Source: Thermoplasmatota archaeon
Lineage (GTDB): Archaea; Thermoplasmatota; E2; DHVEG-1; B18-G2
Direction of reading: 5' to 3'
Length of the DNA stretch: 64,000 bases
Assembly (NCBI GenBank): GCA_029259115.1
Contig: JAPDJO010000029.1
Span: 32,001 to 96,000, forward strand
Of this stretch, positions 41,273 to 49,794 are shown in pieces (position 1 is the stretch's first letter; each line of letters starts with the position of its first letter). The position numbers and the translations under genes are program-made. The notes beneath the pieces were generated by a model. It saw nothing but the letters and a program-made list of their open reading frames with translations, had not been told where the DNA came from and searched no databases.

Positions 41273-44155
41273 ATGACCGTACCAAGGATTGAGGAGAGAA
41301 CATTATACCCACCTCTGATCAGTTATTTAGATAGTATCGGCTTTAAAGCCGTTGGTGAAACAAAGGTTATAAAAAAGCATCCCGACATCCTTTTCCGAAC
41401 AGATTCTATTTCGTTTGTTATAGAAGTCAAAATCGGTAAACCTGAAGTCGGATTAGAAGCTGTCGCACAAGCATCAGACTATGCTAGAAAACTAGGTACG
41501 CAAAATATTATTATCTTAATTTATCCTGAAAAATATAGAAACCAAATTATTCTGGATCCTAAAATCGTCTCCAAAGTGGCTCTAAATGAAAAAATAACTG
41601 CTCTGGTGTTAACCGAATATTGGACAGAAAGTTTAGATATAGAACCATATAAACTTTTTGAACAGCTTAAACAACGGATTCATCTCAAAGAAATCAAGGT
41701 TGATTTCAGGACCATTGTTAGACTTATAGAACGATATGTAAAGGATTTGAATGCTATCATCTATCAAATAAAGACTGAAGAATTGATATCAGAGGTAGTC
41801 GATAAGTTGGATCTATTTTCCTCCATAGGCGAGATAAAGGATAAAGAAACTGCAAAAAAGCAGGTGATAAATCTAGCTTCATATCTCCTCTTTAATCAAC
41901 TCTTGTTTTATCATATTTATAAGAGAAAGTCAGGACGTGAAGAACTTCCAGAGCTAGACGAAATAACAAACGTCAGTGACCTCCAGAGATATTTCGACAG
42001 GATAACAGACATTGACTACCAGTCAATTTATAGAGTCAATATTCTCCGACATATACCAAATAGGGAAGTTGTCATAGATACACTAAATGAGGTTATAAAA
42101 GCTATAAAACTTCTTAGAGCAGAGCACATAACCAGCGATCTTGCAGGAAGATTCTTCCATGATTTGATACCGTATGAAGTGAGGAAGGTCTTGGCTGCGT
42201 TCTATACACATCCTGTTGCAGCTGAAATTTTGGCAGGTTTGACGATCGATTCATGGGATGAAACAGTTATAGATCCTGCTTGTGGATCTGGTACACTCTT
42301 GGTTGCTGCTTACAAAAGAAAGATGGACCTTTACCGAAAACTCTACGGATACAGAGATATAGAAAGAATCCATAGACAGTTTATTGAGCATGATCTAACA
42401 GGCATAGACATAATGCCTTTTGCTGCACATATTAGTACAATAAATTTAACGATGCAAAATATAGAATATGAAACTAATATAGTTAGGATTGGTACAAAAG
42501 ATTCTCTAGATTTAGTAAAATCGTTAAAAACTCCAGATTTCAACAGACGGGGCATTAAAATATCACCCTATACCGAAACTATACAACAAACTCTTTTTGG
42601 AATAACAGGACAAAAAGTCAGAAAAGAAGGGGCAATTTCTCCAGAAGGGAAAGGCTATGAATTCTATATAAAGCCTGTGAATGTAGTCATAATGAATCCT
42701 CCGTTTACAGACAGACATAAAATGCCAGAAGATTACCGAAAGAAACTAAAATTATTGAATCTAAGGTCTATATGTGGAGGAGCTGTCGATCTCTGGGGAT
42801 ATTTCTTAGCTTTAGCCCATTATTTTGTCAAAGATGGAGGAAAAATTGGGGCTGTTATTCCTATAAATATCGCCCGTGGGAAATTTACAAAGAATATAAG
42901 AGAATTGATCTTCTCGCAATATCAGATAAAATATATTGTCAAATCTATAAAGGATATAGGATTTAGTGAAGCTGCAGGCTTTAGGGACATACTTCTAGTA
43001 TTAGAGAAAAGAAATCCTACAAGTAACGATATAACCAAGATAATCTTTCTTAAAAAATCTATTCGAGCACTTTCTTTGAACGAAGCAAAACATATAGTTA
43101 ATATTATAAAAGATGCAAACTCAGATTATTCCGACGAATTTGTGGATGTAAATATCATAAGGTTCAGAGACCTAATAAAGTTCAAAGAAAACTTAATGCC
43201 GTTACTTTCAGGACACATTAAAGAATCAAGAAAGATGATAGAATCATTTGAAAAAGTTATTTTAAAGAAGGGGGAAGATAAGCTGATTAACATAACCGAA
43301 GATATGATATCCGTTGGTTTCATAACTGATAAGAAAGGTATAGCAGATCTGACATTTATTACTCGTCCATTTGATAGACGAAGGGTATCTCGGGCCTTCT
43401 TGATTCTTGAGAATGACAACAATAAAGAAGTGATGGCAAAAATAAAAAATACCGGCATAACAATTAAAGTACAAAAAAGTATAACAAAACCTGCTCTGAG
43501 AACGCTCACAGGTGTGAAAACTTTAGATATTACAAATAATCATGATTATTTCATCATTGATAAATTTGATGACTTCGATATTGTTTTCAATTTGTCTAAA
43601 TGGCAAAAAGGTAGGAAGTTTAGTTGGAATTGGATAAAAAACAAAATACCGACTTTAAGCTATGTAGTACTAGCTGAGAAAATTAATCCCTTCTCGCCAA
43701 ACACGAGCTTAATTTCTGTTCATATGGAAAATAAATTTGTAGTCCCTCATGTATTTTGGATCTTCAAACACATACGTAGCAAAGACGAAGGAAAGATGTT
43801 ATGTCTTTATCTAAACAGCATTGCATTTTTTATCCAATATATGAGGAGAAAATCAGAAGCAACGGGAGAATATGCGCATATCTTAAAAGAAGATCTTATA
43901 TTAACGAAAGTGTTAGATTTCGATACTTTAGCAGAAAATAAAAAAAGAGTTTTGTTAGAGTTGTTCGAAAAACTCAAAGATGTTGAATTTCCATCCATTT
44001 TAGAACAACTAGAAAACCGTTTCTGGGCTAGGGTTGAATTAGATAAAACAATACTAAAGATTCTTGGATTCTCAAATAAAGAAATTAACAAGTGGTTACC
44101 CAAGGTTTATGATGCTTTGGTTGAAGAATTGAAAGCTATGAAGGAAGTTAGATAA
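41273..44155 (+). CDS. Type IIG-like restriction-modification enzyme (fused REase, N6-adenine MTase and TRD)
   Basis: N-terminal PD..(F)..EVK nuclease motif, DPACGSGTLL motif I and NPPF motif IV. Confidence 0.85.
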   Translation: MTVPRIEERTLYPPLISYLDSIGFKAVGETKVIKKHPDILFRTDSISFVIEVKIGKPEVGLEAVAQASDYARKLGTQNIIILIYPEKYRNQIILDPKIVSKVALNEKITALVLTEYWTESLDIEPYKLFEQLKQRIHLKEIKVDFRTIVRLIERYVKDLNAIIYQIKTEELISEVVDKLDLFSSIGEIKDKETAKKQVINLASYLLFNQLLFYHIYKRKSGREELPELDEITNVSDLQRYFDRITDIDYQSIYRVNILRHIPNREVVIDTLNEVIKAIKLLRAEHITSDLAGRFFHDLIPYEVRKVLAAFYTHPVAAEILAGLTIDSWDETVIDPACGSGTLLVAAYKRKMDLYRKLYGYRDIERIHRQFIEHDLTGIDIMPFAAHISTINLTMQNIEYETNIVRIGTKDSLDLVKSLKTPDFNRRGIKISPYTETIQQTLFGITGQKVRKEGAISPEGKGYEFYIKPVNVVIMNPPFTDRHKMPEDYRKKLKLLNLRSICGGAVDLWGYFLALAHYFVKDGGKIGAVIPINIARGKFTKNIRELIFSQYQIKYIVKSIKDIGFSEAAGFRDILLVLEKRNPTSNDITKIIFLKKSIRALSLNEAKHIVNIIKDANSDYSDEFVDVNIIRFRDLIKFKENLMPLLSGHIKESRKMIESFEKVILKKGEDKLINITEDMISVGFITDKKGIADLTFITRPFDRRRVSRAFLILENDNNKEVMAKIKNTGITIKVQKSITKPALRTLTGVKTLDITNNHDYFIIDKFDDFDIVFNLSKWQKGRKFSWNWIKNKIPTLSYVVLAEKINPFSPNTSLISVHMENKFVVPHVFWIFKHIRSKDEGKMLCLYLNSIAFFIQYMRRKSEATGEYAHILKEDLILTKVLDFDTLAENKKRVLLELFEKLKDVEFPSILEQLENRFWARVELDKTILKILGFSNKEINKWLPKVYDALVEELKAMKEVR

Positions 44156-44156
44156 G

Positions 44157-45284
44157 ATGGTTCTTAGTGAAAAACAGTACTTGCCCACTAAAGATGACCT
44201 AGAAAATGAAGAATTAAAAAGTTTGGCAAAGAGACTTAAAAAAGACACATATAGAGAAACGTTAACGAATATCGTCGAGTGGCAGGAGAGGAATTTGAGC
44301 TATTGGTTTGACAGAGCAGACATGTTTATTCTGGTATATGTTCTAGCAGCTATCTCGTTTTACTTCCAACCAATATCCCCTATCATAAAATGTGTATCCT
44401 CCATCGCCTTTTTGGCAGTACCAATACTTGTAAGTATCATAGATATCACCTTTATGCTCCTATTGACGACTTTCTTTTCAATTTTTGTTGTAACCATTTT
44501 CACTATTTTGTTTTTATATGGTTTTCCAACCTCTAATAACATCTTTCCAATCCATCAGTTGATCGTGCTATCCATGGTTACTGGGGCGATGATATCCCTG
44601 TGGACTTATTTGGTATTGAGATATAGGCGACTTAAGCATATTCAACCGAGTTTCAGAATATCGGATGTCTTTGAAATGAGCTTACCTGTCAAAAAGATAT
44701 TAGAATACCGTTTAGCAATCTGTAGAGACTATGCGAAATTAACCTCAGCTTTTCTCCTGAATATTTGTTCAGGGAACGAAATATACTTTGTAAGAATTCC
44801 CTGGCATGTTGCAGCAGCTATCAAAGTTAATAACAAGATTTATGTCTTAGATCAGAGATTGCCTATAACCTCTCTAGAAAAGTGGTTAGCTTATTGGAGA
44901 GAAAGATTCAAAAAAAGAAAAATTACGGCAACCATACTTAGTATATCTGTTGAAAACGGTAAAATCGAGACTAAAAAGATTAAAAAAGTGAACTTACAGG
45001 ATTTTGAAATACCGAATGTAGATACGGAAAGATTATCTTCTCAATTAGCAAACCACATAGGATTAAAACGACCTCGATTGAAACAGAGTGGGCGACCAGA
45101 TTTAAGTCTGCCCTTCAAAAATTATGCCATATATTATGAGAATGACGAAATAACGATCCATTCCATGCTAAAATCCTTTAAAATATGTCTAGAAAAGGAA
45201 CTCTGCGGAGATCTCGGGAGGATATCAAAGATTTTGATAGAACAAAGAGAGAAGGACTTGGTGTTGAATGTATGGACTACATGA
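44157..45284 (+). CDS. Membrane transglutaminase-like protein
   Basis: Several TM helices followed by AICRDYAKLT (Cys), HVAAAI (His) and VLDQ (Asp). Confidence 0.75.
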   Translation: MVLSEKQYLPTKDDLENEELKSLAKRLKKDTYRETLTNIVEWQERNLSYWFDRADMFILVYVLAAISFYFQPISPIIKCVSSIAFLAVPILVSIIDITFMLLLTTFFSIFVVTIFTILFLYGFPTSNNIFPIHQLIVLSMVTGAMISLWTYLVLRYRRLKHIQPSFRISDVFEMSLPVKKILEYRLAICRDYAKLTSAFLLNICSGNEIYFVRIPWHVAAAIKVNNKIYVLDQRLPITSLEKWLAYWRERFKKRKITATILSISVENGKIETKKIKKVNLQDFEIPNVDTERLSSQLANHIGLKRPRLKQSGRPDLSLPFKNYAIYYENDEITIHSMLKSFKICLEKELCGDLGRISKILIEQREKDLVLNVWTT

Positions 45285-45294
45285 AGTCAATTTC

Positions 45295-46527
45295 CTAGCA
45301 CATTTCTCTTAATTTCTCTTCAATAACCCGAGCAGGAATATCAGGAAGAGATATCAGGTGAGAACGTCCTCTTTCGCCTGCGCCTGATATTTTCAGATCT
45401 ATGAAACCGTATCCATGCAATCTTTTCAGATAATCCAGAAACTGCCTCTCCTTTCTTGGACTTTCTCCAAACTCCTCACATACCACATTATACACATCAA
45501 AAGCTTCTCCGGTCCTCAGGTAGGCTTTCCCTGTTTTTCTTAACTTCCTTGCTATTGCCAGTAAAACGAGTTTCTCATGTTTACCCAGATATTTCAGCTT
45601 GCTTTCTGTGATGACTGAATAGGTATCTGCCTTCGCTGCCCTGACATGTTCAGGTGTAACCTCTGGGTCTTCATTCTCCTCAGCTATCTTTCCAGCCTTC
45701 CATAAAAGCTCAATCGCAAATCTTGCATCTCCCCAAACTGAAGCAATATCTGCTATGAGCTTGATGCTCTCATCATTAACTTTTCCGCTGTAAAATGCAA
45801 GATTCACCCTTTGTTTGATTATCTCGATCAGCTCTTTGCATGTGTATCTGCTGAACTCGATCTTTGTGTGTCCAAATGAGCTTATGGTTGCTGGATTGAA
45901 TCTTTCCAGGAGATTGTCATGAGAGATGAGGATCAGGGAAAGACCTTCATAACCTTTGAGCTTGAAGCTCTCGTTGAATCTTGTCAGAGAATAGATGAAC
46001 CTGCAACCATATTTCTTGAAGTGAGCATCCACATCATCGAGAATCAGAATGAGATGTGCGGATCTGCTCTTCAGGTATCTCCTCAGATTATCAAGCATCT
46101 CCTCATCAGAGAATCCTCTCTCAGGGATCCTGATGTTCAGCTCTTCAAAAACAGCAGAGAGAATGGTGTTTGGAGATAGATGATCCATGCAGTTCACCCT
46201 TGCCCATTTTATCTCCTTTCCTGATTTCTTTGCATCCGCTGATATCATCTGGCAGAATCTCTTTGCTGTTACGGTTTTGCCTGTTCCTATGTCTCCATAG
46301 AGCAAAACATGCCTTGATATTCCCTGAGAAAGTGTTCCGCTGAAGTGATTTTTCAGTTTCTTCAGTTGCTTCTCTCGATTGGGTAGATCTCTTGGAACGT
46401 AACTCATGTCGAGCTTTGACTCGTCTTTGAAGATAGATGAAACTCCTTGCATCCTAGAAATTTCAAGGGATTCATGGTATTTAAAAGTCTTTGGGGGTTG
46501 GGTGCGAGTGAATTTAAATTCGCTCAA
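45295..46527 (-). CDS. cdc6: Orc1/Cdc6 family replication initiator (element-borne)
   Basis: YVPRDLPNRE, GDIGTGKT, LILDDVD, GDARFAIELL and C-terminal wHTH. Confidence 0.92.
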   Translation of the reverse strand: MSEFKFTRTQPPKTFKYHESLEISRMQGVSSIFKDESKLDMSYVPRDLPNREKQLKKLKNHFSGTLSQGISRHVLLYGDIGTGKTVTAKRFCQMISADAKKSGKEIKWARVNCMDHLSPNTILSAVFEELNIRIPERGFSDEEMLDNLRRYLKSRSAHLILILDDVDAHFKKYGCRFIYSLTRFNESFKLKGYEGLSLILISHDNLLERFNPATISSFGHTKIEFSRYTCKELIEIIKQRVNLAFYSGKVNDESIKLIADIASVWGDARFAIELLWKAGKIAEENEDPEVTPEHVRAAKADTYSVITESKLKYLGKHEKLVLLAIARKLRKTGKAYLRTGEAFDVYNVVCEEFGESPRKERQFLDYLKRLHGYGFIDLKISGAGERGRSHLISLPDIPARVIEEKLREMC

Positions 46528-47116
46528 CTACATAATTTGCTAACCATTGACCATATGTATCTTCCAACGAGAAGGGTGCCAGATATTCTTGTTCCAACTC
46601 GAGAAGTCTGCTTCTAACAAGCTTCATATCACGATTTGCAACTTTTACAATTTCCTTATAGGATTTCTCGCTCAAGATATCATGATATCGCATCTTCACA
46701 TAAAACCACATACCATGAAGCAGGGGTATCTTTTCACAGAGTCTCTTGGCAGCTGTCTCATCGTTTATGAATCCTACACTCTTTTCACCATTCTGGATAT
46801 ACTTCTCAACACAAAGAGACATGGAAATCTCACCTTTACCTAAAGTCAACAATATATTTTCCCGTTGATATCGATATATTTCGCTTTCTTGAACATCACA
46901 GATTTTTAGTAAACCTTCTCTCATGAATTCATCAAACATGGCCCTCTGATCCCTCTTGGTTAGTTCCTTCCCTTCTATGTAGGAAGGGACAGTAAGAACA
47001 AAGTTCTCTTTGCTTTGTAGCTCTTTCATATAAGTAAGTATCTCTCGGAATTTCAAGGCAGTATACAAGATATTAATAAGGACACTTGCATCAAGAACAG
47101 CGAGTATGGCTGACAT
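46514..47116 (-). CDS. PIN-domain ribonuclease toxin (DUF3368/COG2405-like)
   Basis: VLDASVLI, LGKGE and INDETAA acidic PIN motifs. Confidence 0.75.
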   Translation of the reverse strand: MSAILAVLDASVLINILYTALKFREILTYMKELQSKENFVLTVPSYIEGKELTKRDQRAMFDEFMREGLLKICDVQESEIYRYQRENILLTLGKGEISMSLCVEKYIQNGEKSVGFINDETAAKRLCEKIPLLHGMWFYVKMRYHDILSEKSYKEIVKVANRDMKLVRSRLLELEQEYLAPFSLEDTYGQWLANYVVERI

Positions 47117-47125
47117 CCTAACACC

Positions 47126-47755
47126 TTAATTGAGAAGATCCTTGAACTGTGATATCGATAGTCCTGCCAATTCTGCAGCTTTACCTAAACTTATTTTCCC
47201 CTTTTTGTATAATCTAAGAGCATATAACGTTCTATCTTTCTCTATCCGCCGTATTTCGGTAGATTTTGAAATAAATTCTTTACCCAGTTCTGATTGGCCT
47301 AGAATGTCTAAATATATTATTGCTAGTATTTCATCATCAGTTACAACCTGATCGTTAAGATATTTCTTTATTTCCTCTAAAATCGAAATGTGTCTTTTCT
47401 GTGAAAGTTTATTTATTAATTCCTCGAAAATTTCTTTTCCTCTTGGAGTTAATCTTATGTTCCTTGCAGTTGTGGGATCTCCTTCAAAATCGATTAATCC
47501 TTCAAGAGCCATCTGGTTCATTTCTTCCTCTATCAACTCACTATAAGGTCCCTTCTTGTGGGGATAGAAACCTGCGTTCATGAGGAGATCTCTTCTCTCA
47601 TTGTCATTTTCACCTAATATAAGCAAAAAATAGGTCAACATTTTTTGCAAACGCAGATGGTTCAGTACAGGTTTAAAAGAATTTACACCCAACAGGAGAA
47701 GAATTAGCTTCTGGGTAGAGGTTAACCCTTCTAGACTTTGGCTCATCATAGCCAC
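47126..47755 (-). CDS. Putative antitoxin: SocA/Panacea-like wHTH fused to a UPF0175 HTH
   Basis: LRLQKML...GPYSELI...LTPRG, then C-terminal LYKKGKISLGKAAELAGLS. Confidence 0.7.
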   Translation of the reverse strand: MAMMSQSLEGLTSTQKLILLLLGVNSFKPVLNHLRLQKMLTYFLLILGENDNERRDLLMNAGFYPHKKGPYSELIEEEMNQMALEGLIDFEGDPTTARNIRLTPRGKEIFEELINKLSQKRHISILEEIKKYLNDQVVTDDEILAIIYLDILGQSELGKEFISKSTEIRRIEKDRTLYALRLYKKGKISLGKAAELAGLSISQFKDLLN

Positions 47756-47801
47756 AAGTAGTAAAAGACTTTATAACATTAACCTATTTAGCTCTACAGG
47801 A

Positions 47802-48932
47802 ATGGTAGAATTAAAGGTACTTTGTGAAGATACAGATGTACCTACCTCTATTTTCGAGATCAGATCAAAAGAGGGTACAATAACCTCTCCACTACGAGGG
47901 ATTTCTAAATATCAGAGAGAATATTCCAAGAAATTGAAAGAGGGAAATTATATCATCGAAGTTCATCACTATCTGTCATCTACGATGATCAAGAGCATTT
48001 CTCTTTCATCAACAGCATCGGAGAGGTTCAACAGAAGGATAACGAGTAAGATGATAAAAGGAAAGTTACATTTGTTTGTTTTTGATCTAACAGAAGGGTA
48101 TCCAAGTAAGAGAGAAGAACTGGAAAACCTTCTACATGTGTTGAATTTTGAGAGTATAGTAAACGATAATTTAATATGTCTACCATTTTCTTCGTCTACT
48201 CTCCAATCCTTAGATGAGTATGAAAAGATATACAATATACTAGAGAACAAAGCAGATGATCTTATGGAAATTTTAAGTACATTTGTTATCAAGCAAAGGA
48301 ACATTCTGGGCTATGTTCCTATATTCTGTCTTGGAGGAAAATACATAGAAAAATTGATTACTCTTTATGAAAAGGCGAACATCAATAGTTTTCTTTTTGA
48401 TCTTGGCGGAAAACATATAGAAAGATTCAGGGGACAAATATCCCAGCTCATTAAGGTGCGTAGGAACTTGATGAAAGAGTACGGATATACTTTTTTCTAT
48501 GCATTTAACACATTCAGTGGCAGAGTTAGCAAAAAAATTGATGTTATTCCAGCAAGAGACTTCCTCTCTATCTTTGTTGGATTTGATGGATTTGGCCCTT
48601 CGCACAAGAGATATAAGCTGCCCAAAGAAATTGCTGAATCTCTTATTCTGAAAGAGAAAAGATTTAGATTGTTCGATGAGGATGAATATGTTTACAGACT
48701 CTACAACAAAGAGGAAGTGAGAAAGATAACATCTCATCATGATCCTCAAATCGGCTGCAAGATCTACAATGCCGCACATCAAACAGCAGAGTTAGATAAG
48801 ATCAAAGCAAAAATCAAAGAAGAAAATACATATCTGCGAAGTTTAGAAAAAAAAGAAACCGTCTTTCCTATTTTGTCAAATCTTCTGGATATTAGAAAGG
48901 AGAGTCTGTTGAACAAGAAATTATTCATATAA
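47802..48932 (+). CDS. Divergent tRNA-guanine transglycosylase (TGT)-like protein (tentative)
   Basis: TGT-like N-terminus (IRSKEGTITSP), GFDGFG at the position of GxDxFD, C-terminal YN...IKAKIKE helix; no CxCxxC zinc site. Confidence 0.45.
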   Translation: MVELKVLCEDTDVPTSIFEIRSKEGTITSPLRGISKYQREYSKKLKEGNYIIEVHHYLSSTMIKSISLSSTASERFNRRITSKMIKGKLHLFVFDLTEGYPSKREELENLLHVLNFESIVNDNLICLPFSSSTLQSLDEYEKIYNILENKADDLMEILSTFVIKQRNILGYVPIFCLGGKYIEKLITLYEKANINSFLFDLGGKHIERFRGQISQLIKVRRNLMKEYGYTFFYAFNTFSGRVSKKIDVIPARDFLSIFVGFDGFGPSHKRYKLPKEIAESLILKEKRFRLFDEDEYVYRLYNKEEVRKITSHHDPQIGCKIYNAAHQTAELDKIKAKIKEENTYLRSLEKKETVFPILSNLLDIRKESLLNKKLFI

Positions 48933-48995
48933 GACACCTCAAACAAAAAAATAAAAAGAGGGTTAATGAGAACAGACCCAACTGCCCCATCCGCT

Positions 48996-49059
48996 GAGAT
49001 CAACAGACTGAAATTTTGAACTCTGTTGCCCTGATTTTCTCCTTGAGAGGTTGATGGAC
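48996..49059. repeat. Right terminal inverted arm of the element
   Basis: Reverse complement aligns without gaps to 34699-34762 at 44/64 nt (manual count). Confidence 0.8.
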
Positions 49060-49060
49060 T

Positions 49061-49147
49061 CCGTCCGGTCCATCCAACTTATATGGAGAAAAATCAGTCA
49101 ACAGACCCAAAAATCGCGTTCTGTTGATTTCGCTCTCCATATGAAGA
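49061..49147 (+). repeat. attR core plus degenerate copy of the left arm (remnant of a related integrase 3' end)
   Basis: 73/87 nt ungapped identity to 34692-34778 (manual count). Confidence 0.85.
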
Positions 49148-49168
49148 TATATAAAAATGGAAAGAGGA

Positions 49169-49735
49169 TTACTGCTTTCCTATTGGAAGGATCTCTTTAC
49201 CATAGGTTTCGTTTGTAACCTCCGCTATTGCTAGATATATTGCACTAAAGCCGCAGAAGATGCCCTCTATACCTGCTATCTTTGTTATGATTCCACTCCC
49301 TGTTATTTCTCCCAAGGCAAGTAACCAGAACAGGATCGCCAGTGTTAAAAATACAACCTGTAACGCTCTATTCATTTTTAGCGTGGAGAAGAACATCATG
49401 AATGTAAACAGACCCCACATGAATAGATATGCAGCCATCGCAGCTGCATTCGGTGAATTTACTCCTAAGATATTCGGCATAACTATCAACCCAACGAGGG
49501 ATAACCAAAATAGACCATAGGAACAAAATGCAGTTGTACCAAAGGTATTTCCCTTCTTAAACTCCAATATCCCAGCAAATATCTGAGCCAAACCTCCATA
49601 AAATATTCCCATCGCAAGGATCATTGAGCCCAGTTCAAACAATCCTGCATTGTGTAAATTCAAAAGTACGGTAGTCATTCCGAAGCCCATCAAGCCCAGA
49701 GGTGCCGGATTCGCAAATATATCTTTATTTACCAT
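49169..49735 (-). CDS. satP: Acetate uptake transporter, GPR1/FUN34/YaaH family
   Basis: [11 protein letters not shown] and [13 protein letters not shown] motifs; 6 TM segments. Confidence 0.92.
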   Translation of the reverse strand: MVNKDIFANPAPLGLMGFGMTTVLLNLHNAGLFELGSMILAMGIFYGGLAQIFAGILEFKKGNTFGTTAFCSYGLFWLSLVGLIVMPNILGVNSPNAAAMAAYLFMWGLFTFMMFFSTLKMNRALQVVFLTLAILFWLLALGEITGSGIITKIAGIEGIFCGFSAIYLAIAEVTNETYGKEILPIGKQ

Positions 49736-49794
49736 AATTCACCACCTCTCTTTAGTGAAAATGAAAAACGGATTTAAAATAGTGACGAAAAAAT

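Larger units (their letters stand above)
34692..49074. mobile_element. Integrated element (~14.4 kb) at the tRNA-Ala 3' end
   Basis: Direct repeat CCGTCCGGTCCATC at 34692-34705 and 49061-49074, adjacent tyrosine integrase, Rep-like gene and defence-type cargo; housekeeping genes on both flanks. Confidence 0.9.

Noticed and set aside
48779-49003. 74-aa - strand ORF next to the right arm as an intN-like fragment
   Set aside because: It starts at the stop of the reconstructed integrase tail in a different frame, overlaps the TGT-like gene antisense and has no recombinase features.
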